A DNA stretch of 64,000 nucleotides, from positions 18,688 to 82,687 of the IMG/VR virus record IMGVR_UViG_3300015371_000010; one strand, given 5' to 3'. The notes beneath the pieces are model-generated. The model was not told the DNA's origin and did not search any database. It saw nothing but the letters and a program-made list of their open reading frames with translations. Positions 27,642-36,141 of this stretch are shown here, piece after piece (the stretch's first letter is position 1; each line of letters starts with the position of its first letter). A program made the translations under genes and the position numbers. This DNA is from a virus.

Positions 27642-29537
27642 ATGGCAGACGTTCGGCTTCCTCAGGGCGACATCTCCACCTGGGACGAGGACAACGCCGG
27701 GGATGAGATCCCGCAGCGCGTCGGACCCATGGAGGAGCTCGGTGTCACCGGGGTCAAGCGCGTCTCCGGCTACATCGACGAGGAGTTCCTGCCGGCACTG
27801 CGTGGCCGCAAGGCGGTCCGGGTCTACCGGGAGATGTCGGCCAACGACTCGATGGTCGGCGCCCTGCTGTTCAGCATCGACAAGCTGATCCGCGAGGTGG
27901 AGTGGAAGGTGCTCCCCGCCGAGCAGACCGATGAGGGGGTGCTGGCCCAGGAGTTCCTGGAGTCCTGCATGGAGGACATGTCCCACAGCTGGGACGACTT
28001 CATCGGTGAGGTGCTCTCCATGATGATCTACGGCTGGAGCTGGCACGAGATCGTCTACAAGCGTCGGATCGGGCCCTGGGAGAAGGACCCGAGGAAGCGG
28101 AGCAAGTACGAGGATGGGCTGATCGGCTGGCGGAAGATGCCGATCCGGGCGCAGGAGACGATGCTGCGGTGGAGCTTCGACGAGACCGGTGGAGTCCGTG
28201 CGTTGGTCCAGATGGCGCCGCCCCGCTACCAGACCACGGTGATCCCGATCGAGAAGTCGATCCTGTTCCGCACCAGCATCGCCAAGGGCAACCCGGAGGG
28301 TGTCTCCTTGCTCCGTACCGCCTACCGGGCCTGGTACTTCAAGAAGCGGCTCGAAGAGTTCGAGGCGATCGGGGTGGAGCGCGACCTGGCCGGCATGCCC
28401 GTCGGTAGGGTCCCCGCCGACTACCTGACCGCTCAGAAGGGCACGCCCCAGGCCAAGACGGTGGAGGCCTTCCGGAAGATGGTCCGAGGCGTCCGCCGGG
28501 ACGAGAACGAAGGCCTGGTGCTGCCCACCCAGTACGACCCGGACACCAAGCAGCCGCTGTTCGACTTCGAGCTGATGAGCTCGGGTGGCACCCGGCAGTT
28601 CGACACCAACTCGATCATCCAGCGCTATGAGCAGCGGATCCTGATGAGCGTGCTGGCCGACTTCATCCTGGTCGGCCACGAGTCCACCGGCTCCTACTCG
28701 CTGCACACCGACAAGACCGGCATCTTCCGGGCCGCGCTGAACGCGATCACCAAGGCCATCGCGGACACCCTGAACCGGTACGCGGTGCCCCGGCTGTTCG
28801 CGGTCAACGGCTGGAAGCTGGACCAGCTGCCTCGGTTCGAGCCCACCAACGTCGACCCGCCTGACCTGCAGCAACTGGCTGCCTTCATCTCCTCCACCGC
28901 CGGCGCCGGCATGCAGTGGTTCCCGGACCCGGAGCTGGAGAAGTACGTCCGCGAGATCGCCCGCCTGCCGGAGATGACCGACGAGGACGTGGACTACAAG
29001 AGGATGATGCTGGAGCAGGAGAAGGCGATGGAGTACGGGCAGAGCCAGATGGAGCTGCTCGGGATCCAGCAGAAGGCCGAGCTCACCGCCCAGGGCATGA
29101 CCCCGGAGCAGGCCGAGATGCACGCCGCGACCCCACACCCAGCCACCCAGGAGCAGGAGCTGCAGATGCAGGAGCAGCAGATGGCCCTGCAGAACCAGCC
29201 GCCGCCGGAAGACCCGAACGCGGAGAAGCAGCACGGCCGGGAGCTGCAGCGGATGCAGGCCGAGGAGAAGGTGGCCCAGTCCGCGCACGGCCGGGAGAAG
29301 GAGAAGCTGCGGCTCCAGGACGTGATGGCCGAGCGCGACCACAAGCGAACCAAGGAGCAGTTGCGGCTCAAGGATCGCTCGGCTGCCCAGCAGGCCAAGC
29401 TGCAGAGTCAGTCCATGAAGGACAAGGCCAAGTTCGGTCGTCCGGTGGCCGGGAAGAAGCAGCCGGCCACGCCGCCCAAGAAGGGGGCGGCCAAGAAGAT
29501 GCCACCGCGGAAGCAGCCGCCGAAGAAGAGAGGCTGA
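27642..29537 (+). CDS. Portal protein (DUF935/Mu gp29-like) with long Q/E/K-rich C-terminal extension
   Basis: YGWSWHEIVYK, GNPEGVSLLR..Y..WYFKK, ERDLAGMP, GSYSL; follows terL. Confidence 0.88.
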   Translation: MADVRLPQGDISTWDEDNAGDEIPQRVGPMEELGVTGVKRVSGYIDEEFLPALRGRKAVRVYREMSANDSMVGALLFSIDKLIREVEWKVLPAEQTDEGVLAQEFLESCMEDMSHSWDDFIGEVLSMMIYGWSWHEIVYKRRIGPWEKDPRKRSKYEDGLIGWRKMPIRAQETMLRWSFDETGGVRALVQMAPPRYQTTVIPIEKSILFRTSIAKGNPEGVSLLRTAYRAWYFKKRLEEFEAIGVERDLAGMPVGRVPADYLTAQKGTPQAKTVEAFRKMVRGVRRDENEGLVLPTQYDPDTKQPLFDFELMSSGGTRQFDTNSIIQRYEQRILMSVLADFILVGHESTGSYSLHTDKTGIFRAALNAITKAIADTLNRYAVPRLFAVNGWKLDQLPRFEPTNVDPPDLQQLAAFISSTAGAGMQWFPDPELEKYVREIARLPEMTDEDVDYKRMMLEQEKAMEYGQSQMELLGIQQKAELTAQGMTPEQAEMHAATPHPATQEQELQMQEQQMALQNQPPPEDPNAEKQHGRELQRMQAEEKVAQSAHGREKEKLRLQDVMAERDHKRTKEQLRLKDRSAAQQAKLQSQSMKDKAKFGRPVAGKKQPATPPKKGAAKKMPPRKQPPKKRG

Positions 29538-29538
29538 G

Positions 29539-32500
29539 ATGCCGTACGCCAGTAACAAGCAGGCCGCCTACATGCACATCCATCACCCGGATATCGCGGC
29601 CAAGTGGCACGAGGCAGGCCACGGCTACGTCAAGGGCGGCAAGAACGACCCGGCCAAGAAGAAGCGCAAGGTGCGGAAGAACGCCCAGATGCAGGGCTGG
29701 CTCAAGCCGCTGAGCGTCGGCGTGATCGGCGGGGCGCTGGCCAACCAGTTCCCCTCCTACGAGGAGCGGGAGCGGCGCAGGGCGCTCAAGGCCCGGCGCA
29801 AGGGTCAGATCAAGAAGATGCAGGCGCCGGCCTCGGACGACCCCCACTACAACCAGGAGGCGGCTCAGAAGGCCTTCGACCTGGTGATGAAGATGGACGA
29901 CGACACCGCCGAGGTGTTCTGCCACGTCGTGACCTCGGACTACTTCGAGGAGACGGTGGAGAAGAACCTGGGCACCCTGCAGCGCCATCTCAACGAGACC
30001 CTGCAGGCTCAGCTGGCGGACCTGAAGAAGGCGCACGTCCGGCTGGTGGCCAAGGGCATGGACAGCCAGGAGGCGGTCGCCTACGCCCAGGCCATCGCGC
30101 TGATCGAGAAGCAGCTGGCCGACCCGATCAGCAAGGCGCAGGGCAAGAAGAACCCCTACCAGTACGGCTATGTCTGGCGGGAGCAGGACTTCAACCGGGA
30201 CCCGGGCTCCGGTCAGTTCCGGACCAAGATCAGCCACAACCAGACCAAGGAGCTGGACGACAAGGTCTTCACCCAGCTCACCGGGGCATCCACGCCGTCC
30301 CGGTCGCGCAGTGGCAAGAAGCTGACCGAGGAGGACCGGGTCCGGTTCCAGGACGAGTACCGCCAGCTGTCCGGCTTCATGCAGGCGGTGCGGGCCTCCA
30401 CCGGTCCCGGCGGCAACACCTCGGTGATGCTGCACTACCGGGACCGGAACGGGAACGACTTCTCCCAGGTGCACTTCGGTACCAAGCCGCCGATCGACGA
30501 CCTGGCCGACCCGGACTTCAGGCTGCTGGGGGTGGAGGCCAAGCCGACCACGCTGACCGCCGGCGGAGCTGCCTTCGGACTGGCCACCGCGCTGGGCGGC
30601 GGGATGAACTCCCAGCAGATCGAGGCGATCAACAACGTCGAGGGCGGGGCTGGTCGGTCCTTCTCGGAGAAGTGGCTCTCCTCGGGAGACGCCCAGAACT
30701 CCAACGCCAAGCTGTACGGCCGGCTGGCGGCCAGCGGGGATCTGATCTCCTCGGTGGGTGGGCCCAAGGCCCAGATGGCCGGCAAGTTCGCCTCGATCGT
30801 GGGCAGTGCCGGTCCGCAGGCCGAGGCGGTGCTGGGCCCGACCACGCGCAAGACCGCCTACCGATACCGGGGCACCGAGAAGAGTCCGGAGCGGAACCTG
30901 GTCCGGGCCTACGACCAGGGCATCAAGCAGGGCAAGGTCTGGGGCGACCTGTCCGAGGCCGAGCAGGAAGAGGCTGTCCGCGGCTATGCCACCCGCCCGC
31001 GTGGGAAGGCGCCACGGGCCAAGGAAGGTGGAGCGCCGCAGGTTCACCGGATGGCCGAGAACCGGATGGCCCTGGAGCAGCGCGCTCCGGAGTGGGGCGA
31101 GCGGGAACCGGGTCGACGGGCCATCGTGGACCATCTGCGGGCCAAGCTGCCCAAGAAGAACCTCTACGAGCTTCAGCTGGCCAGCGGGAACACGCCACCG
31201 TCCGAGGGCGTGATCCTGAATGCGGATGGGCAGATCGTCACCCAGGCGGTGGGTTACGGCGATGATCACTACCTCCCGTTCAACCTGAAGAACCTCAAGG
31301 GTCTGAAGGGCGGGGAGTACATCCGTACCCGGAGCGTCGGCGGGCTGACCAGCGAAGACATCTACACCGCGATGATGATGGGAGCCCGCCGGGTCACGGT
31401 CACCTCGCGCTCGGGCACCTACGTGATGGAGTTCGAGCCGGACTTCAGGGGCGGGCGTCGGCACAACGACAAGGCCCGCCGGATGACCAGGCGCTACGAG
31501 CAGCTCCTGGACGCGGTGCAGTCCCAGCAGGTGGAGCGGATCGACATCGACCCGGAGATGCGCCAGCAGATCGAGAACGAGGTCAAGGAGGAGATGTCGG
31601 GCGCTGGCTGGACCCAGCGGGACCGAATGGAGGCGATCCGGGAGCGGATCGATGAGTTCAAGGAGAACCCCTACATCACCGAGCAGGACGAGAAGCGGGC
31701 CGAGGCGATCATCACTTCCCGGGGCGCCAACGCCAGTGAGGCGGAGAAGGCCAGGATCCGGGCCTCGGTCTACGACGACCTGATGGACCAGAAGGAGACC
31801 AAGTTCCGGCTGAACAGCGCCGGCTACAAGGCCGCCCTGGACGCGCTGCAGGAGCAGTTCCCCTACTACATCAAGCAGCCGCGCTGGACCCCGCCTCGGG
31901 ACGAGGGCAAGAAGATCGAGACCGCGCTGGACCGCGGCTATGTGGAGCCGGGCCGGAACCGGCCCACGGCGGCCAAGGCCGGCCTGTACGGCACCAAGGC
32001 CAACCCGGGCCAGAAGTTCTCTGCTTCCCACGCCGACTACCAGGGCACTCGACACGCGCCCGGTCGGGCCGTCCCGGTGGAGACCGAGGAGGCCGCTGCC
32101 GTCAGTGCCGGCGGGGACCGGAAGAGCACCGAGAAGGAGCGGCGCAAGGCACTGGCCGGGGCCCAGAACGAGTACAAGGTCTCCGAGGTGGCGACCAAGA
32201 TCCAGGAGAACGCCAAGGGCAAGCTCGGGCCGAAGTCCCAGGCCGACCCGGACATCAAGCGGTACCTGGACATGACTGGCGATGAGCTGAAGGACGCCGA
32301 CAACCTGGAGGGCTTCAACAACTGGGTGGGCCGGTACCTGGGCATGGCCGAGGTCAACGAACCCGGTCTGCGCCGGGAGTGGGAAGCGGCCTACGGCGGG
32401 CTGAACCGGGAGAAGTTCGACCGGAAGAACATCCAGAGCTACCCCAAGTTCCCGCCCAAGTTCGATGAGGACGCCTACGAGGCCGGGGCCAGCCGGAGCG

Positions 32501-33120
32501 AGGTCGACAAGGAGCTGAACCGGATCGACCGGAAGGCACGCAGCGGGGTGGTGAACGCGGTGCCACTGTCCGGGATGACCGAGCAGGAGTACGCCTCGGA
32601 GCACCGAGCGCTGGCCGGGATGCACCGGGCGCTGCAGATCAACCCGGAGCAGCCGCTGTCCAACGCCGTGCTGCAGGACCTGGGCGTGGACACCACCGCG
32701 CCGGCGGTAGCCAAGCTGCGCCGGGATCCGGACGCGATCGTGGAGCAGATGGAGTACCTCCAGCGGGCCCGGGCGCTGACCAGCGGCATGTCCTCGGAGA
32801 CCCGAGAGGCACGGCAGAGCGCGGCCACCCAACGTGAGGTGGTCCGGGCCCAGCCGCAGACCAAGACGGCTCGCGCGGCGGTGACCGGGAACGTGCAGGC
32901 CAACATCAACCTGGCTCGATCGATCGCAGATCAGCTGGAGACGCTGGAGGACAAGGACGAGGACGAGATCGAGACGATTCGGAACCTGGCCTCGGACTGG
33001 GAGGAAGGAGCCGGCGAGCTCACCAACCCGGAGCAGACGCAGGCGTTCAACGCAGTACACGATGACGCACTGCGGACGCTGATGCGGGCGATGCACCGGC
33101 TCAACAACCCGAGTAGCTGA
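29539..33120 (+). CDS. Large head-associated multidomain protein
   Basis: 1193 aa with strong codon bias between portal and MuF; N-terminal MPYASNKQAAYMHIHHPDIAAKW motif; JAB-like segment. Confidence 0.75.
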   Translation: MPYASNKQAAYMHIHHPDIAAKWHEAGHGYVKGGKNDPAKKKRKVRKNAQMQGWLKPLSVGVIGGALANQFPSYEERERRRALKARRKGQIKKMQAPASDDPHYNQEAAQKAFDLVMKMDDDTAEVFCHVVTSDYFEETVEKNLGTLQRHLNETLQAQLADLKKAHVRLVAKGMDSQEAVAYAQAIALIEKQLADPISKAQGKKNPYQYGYVWREQDFNRDPGSGQFRTKISHNQTKELDDKVFTQLTGASTPSRSRSGKKLTEEDRVRFQDEYRQLSGFMQAVRASTGPGGNTSVMLHYRDRNGNDFSQVHFGTKPPIDDLADPDFRLLGVEAKPTTLTAGGAAFGLATALGGGMNSQQIEAINNVEGGAGRSFSEKWLSSGDAQNSNAKLYGRLAASGDLISSVGGPKAQMAGKFASIVGSAGPQAEAVLGPTTRKTAYRYRGTEKSPERNLVRAYDQGIKQGKVWGDLSEAEQEEAVRGYATRPRGKAPRAKEGGAPQVHRMAENRMALEQRAPEWGEREPGRRAIVDHLRAKLPKKNLYELQLASGNTPPSEGVILNADGQIVTQAVGYGDDHYLPFNLKNLKGLKGGEYIRTRSVGGLTSEDIYTAMMMGARRVTVTSRSGTYVMEFEPDFRGGRRHNDKARRMTRRYEQLLDAVQSQQVERIDIDPEMRQQIENEVKEEMSGAGWTQRDRMEAIRERIDEFKENPYITEQDEKRAEAIITSRGANASEAEKARIRASVYDDLMDQKETKFRLNSAGYKAALDALQEQFPYYIKQPRWTPPRDEGKKIETALDRGYVEPGRNRPTAAKAGLYGTKANPGQKFSASHADYQGTRHAPGRAVPVETEEAAAVSAGGDRKSTEKERRKALAGAQNEYKVSEVATKIQENAKGKLGPKSQADPDIKRYLDMTGDELKDADNLEGFNNWVGRYLGMAEVNEPGLRREWEAAYGGLNREKFDRKNIQSYPKFPPKFDEDAYEAGASRSEVDKELNRIDRKARSGVVNAVPLSGMTEQEYASEHRALAGMHRALQINPEQPLSNAVLQDLGVDTTAPAVAKLRRDPDAIVEQMEYLQRARALTSGMSSETREARQSAATQREVVRAQPQTKTARAAVTGNVQANINLARSIADQLETLEDKDEDEIETIRNLASDWEEGAGELTNPEQTQAFNAVHDDALRTLMRAMHRLNNPSS

Positions 33121-35096
33121 TGACCACAGCCCCGTACGTTGAGCTCCGGTTCAACCCGACGGACCTGCGACCCCAGGACATCCCTCGTGCCGGGGCCTAC
33201 CTGGGGTCGCCGGCCCGGGCCATCGAGGCGGCCCTGGCGGTGGCTCGGGCCTCGATGGTGGACCAGATGAAGAAGGAGGTCCGGGGGCTCTCCCAGCCCA
33301 CCCACAACCAGCTGCTCCGGATCGCGGACCTGGCCTGGCAGGCCACGTTCTGGCGGTTCCGGAAGGTCTCCGCCCCGGTGATCGCGGATGCCTACCTGCA
33401 CGCCTACCGGGACGCGGACGCCGGCGACGTGCCGGCCAGCCTGATCTACGACCTGGCCGACAAGCACGCGGAGAAGATCGGGGACTACTTCCACGCCACC
33501 TCCCGAGAGGCCCTGGCCGAGGGGTTCAACGGGCTGGTGAACCGGCGGGTCCCGGCCCGAGCGGCGGCGGACCGGGTGCTGGATGCCTACGGACTGACCC
33601 CACGGCAGATGCGTACCTACACCGCGGCCAAGCAGTTCGACACCCCGGTCAGTGATGTGATGCCCCGCTCGATCAAGGCCAAGGCCCGGGCCTACATCGA
33701 CAAGGCGTTCACCACCCGGAACCGGAAGCTGTCTGACCAGGAGGAGCACAACATCGACGAGCAGGCCAAGCAGCTGGCCTGGATGTGGCTCCAGGACAAG
33801 GGCCGGCTCAACGACCGGGCCCAGAAGATGTGGCTGACCGCCAAGGACGAGCGGGTCTGCCCGGTCTGTGGTCCGCTGCACGGCAAGAAGGTCGGGATCA
33901 ACGAGAAGTTCGTGACCCACCAGGGCGAGTTCTGGTCGCCGGGGCTGCACCCGAACTGCCGCTGTGAGCTCCGGCTGATCGAGAACAAGTTCTCCAAGGC
34001 CGACTGGGATCCCCAGGAGCACCCGCGCGGAGGCGACCCCGAGAACCGGGGCCGGTTCTCCCGAGTGGCGTCCCGGCCTGGCCCGCTGTTCAAGGAGCCG
34101 GACCGGCCGGTGATCGAGACCACCGAGGAGGAGGCGCCGGTGGAGATGGCCTCCGAGACGGTGGAGATGGTCGGCAACGTGGAGATGAACCAGAAGGTCG
34201 AGATGACTCCGGTGGAGATGATCCGGCCGGAGATGACCCGGGGCCGGGCCGAGCTGATCCAGCCGGAGCTGACCGACGAGCGCAGGCGGGAGCTCCTGGA
34301 GATGACCGTCACCCCGCAGATGCGGCTGGAGATGGAGCGCAGCTTCGCCGACATCATCGCGGAGGGAGAGCGCAGGCGTCCGACGAAGCGGCCCAAGCGC
34401 GTCTACGACCGGCCGACCATCTCGATCCAGGACGAGAACGGGCACGAGTACCCGGTCTACGCGGTGGTGGACCGCAATGACGACGTGAACTGGCACGGAG
34501 GCAAGATGCAGTTGCACCAGGACGTGCGCTTCTACACCTCGCAGTCCCAGGCCTACCGGATCGCCACCGACAAGTTCGAGCAGGCCATCGAGGACGAGTA
34601 CGACGCCATCATCGGCAGTGGCCGGCACAACCAGAAGCAGTGGCTGGGCAACCAGCAGTACGAGCTGATCTTCGACGAGGAGGACGTGTACAACGCTGTC
34701 ATCTGGACCGCCTACCAGGGTCGGGTGCCGGAAGGGATGGAGGCGCCCACGCACAGCTCGGTGGTGGCGGAGTTCCACGGCACCGGTCCGACCAGCGAGA
34801 TCATCGAGCGGGAGATGAGCCTGAACGAAGCGGCCCGGTTGCTCAACATCGACCGGCGCAACTTCGACGTGCAGATCCTGCGGATGGACGAGGGCCATGC
34901 CTCCTACGAGGGCCAGACCACTGAGCTGGAGCACGGGACTCGGAAGGCCGACCAGGTCTGGGTGACCGAGGGGATCTACAACGTGACCCCGCTGCACGGC
35001 GAGATGGTGGACGAGACCCTCTCCCTGCAGCTGAACTACATCGAGCCGGACGTGGAGGAGACCGAGCGTCCGCTGCCACGGGGGATTCTCGACTAG
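33120..35096 (+). CDS. MuF-like (SPP1 gp7) head morphogenesis protein with C-terminal extension
   Basis: WLTAKDERVCPVCGPLHG...PGLHPNCRC. Confidence 0.85.
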   Translation: MTTAPYVELRFNPTDLRPQDIPRAGAYLGSPARAIEAALAVARASMVDQMKKEVRGLSQPTHNQLLRIADLAWQATFWRFRKVSAPVIADAYLHAYRDADAGDVPASLIYDLADKHAEKIGDYFHATSREALAEGFNGLVNRRVPARAAADRVLDAYGLTPRQMRTYTAAKQFDTPVSDVMPRSIKAKARAYIDKAFTTRNRKLSDQEEHNIDEQAKQLAWMWLQDKGRLNDRAQKMWLTAKDERVCPVCGPLHGKKVGINEKFVTHQGEFWSPGLHPNCRCELRLIENKFSKADWDPQEHPRGGDPENRGRFSRVASRPGPLFKEPDRPVIETTEEEAPVEMASETVEMVGNVEMNQKVEMTPVEMIRPEMTRGRAELIQPELTDERRRELLEMTVTPQMRLEMERSFADIIAEGERRRPTKRPKRVYDRPTISIQDENGHEYPVYAVVDRNDDVNWHGGKMQLHQDVRFYTSQSQAYRIATDKFEQAIEDEYDAIIGSGRHNQKQWLGNQQYELIFDEEDVYNAVIWTAYQGRVPEGMEAPTHSSVVAEFHGTGPTSEIIEREMSLNEAARLLNIDRRNFDVQILRMDEGHASYEGQTTELEHGTRKADQVWVTEGIYNVTPLHGEMVDETLSLQLNYIEPDVEETERPLPRGILD

Positions 35097-35118
35097 CGCA
35101 GGTGAGGACGATGAACAC

Positions 35119-36141
35119 ATGAGCAACGTGCGCGAGCTGCTGGCCACGGATGAGACGTTCCGCGAGGTGGCCGACCTGTTGTTCGGCGGTGGCGCCGACG
35201 AGCTGATCAGCAAGATGAGCCCGACCCAGTCTGACCTGGCCGCTCACGAGCGGAAGAAGCGCAAGATCACCGCTGGGCTGAGCGCGGTGGGCGCCGGCGC
35301 CGGGGCGGCTGGACTGGCGCTGGGCACGCACAACCTGCGGCGTGGCTACCTGGCCGCGCGGGCCGGGCAGAAGGCCAACTTCGCCTTCCATGCACCTGGG
35401 GCCAAGCGGAAGGCGCTGAAGACCGCGGTCAGCCACGAGAAGCTGGCCACCGGCCTGGTGCCCCTGGAGGTGGCCGGTCTGGGCGGGGAGATCATGGCGA
35501 CCAAGATCCTGCACGGGGACACGAAGAAGAAGGGCTCCCTGGTCAAGAAGGACCTGGGTGAGCTGCTGAACAACGCTTCGGACTCCAAGAGTCAGCTGAC
35601 CCGAGCCAAGATCCCCAGCCCGAAGCAGGTCGCGGCCAAGAAGGGGATCGAGTACACCGCCAAGTCGGGGGTGCTGAAGAAGCTCCCGGACAAGGTGCTG
35701 ACCCATCACAAGGTCAAGAAGAACGAGGAGCCCAGCGAGGTCGACGTGATCTGGGAGGGCGAGTTCGCCAAGGCCGACCCGGACAAGCAGCAGGTCTTCG
35801 GCTGGGCCAGCGTGGTCGAGGTCAACGGCGAGCCGGTGGTGGACCTGCAGGGCGACGTGATCGCGCCGGAGGAGATGGAGAAGGCCGGCTACGAGTACGT
35901 GATGAAGTCCCGCAAGGGCGGGGACATGCACCTGCGGAACAACTGGGAGCCGATCAAGAAGTCGGAGATGATCGAGAGCTTCATCGTCACCGAGGAGAAG
36001 CGCGAGGCCATGGGCCTTCCCGACTCGGTACCGACGGGCTGGTGGGTCGGCTTCCAGGTCCAGGACCCCGAGGTGTGGTCGATGATCAAGGACGGCCGGC
36101 GTACGGGCTTCTCGATCCACGGTCACGGCAAGCGTTCATGA
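35119..36141 (+). CDS. Prohead (capsid maturation) protease, XkdF-like, with N-terminal extension
   Basis: KQQVFGWASV, VDLQGD, GDMH, IESFI, PTGWWVG, W..IKDG..TGFSIHG. Confidence 0.85.
   Translation: MSNVRELLATDETFREVADLLFGGGADELISKMSPTQSDLAAHERKKRKITAGLSAVGAGAGAAGLALGTHNLRRGYLAARAGQKANFAFHAPGAKRKALKTAVSHEKLATGLVPLEVAGLGGEIMATKILHGDTKKKGSLVKKDLGELLNNASDSKSQLTRAKIPSPKQVAAKKGIEYTAKSGVLKKLPDKVLTHHKVKKNEEPSEVDVIWEGEFAKADPDKQQVFGWASVVEVNGEPVVDLQGDVIAPEEMEKAGYEYVMKSRKGGDMHLRNNWEPIKKSEMIESFIVTEEKREAMGLPDSVPTGWWVGFQVQDPEVWSMIKDGRRTGFSIHGHGKRS

Noticed and set aside
29368-33096. Very long antisense ORFs (also 45116-49249, 32931-35213, 27552-29558, 36123-37949, 5748-7250)
   Set aside because: They mirror well-supported genes on the other strand, an expected shadow of high-GC codon bias; no recognisable motifs.
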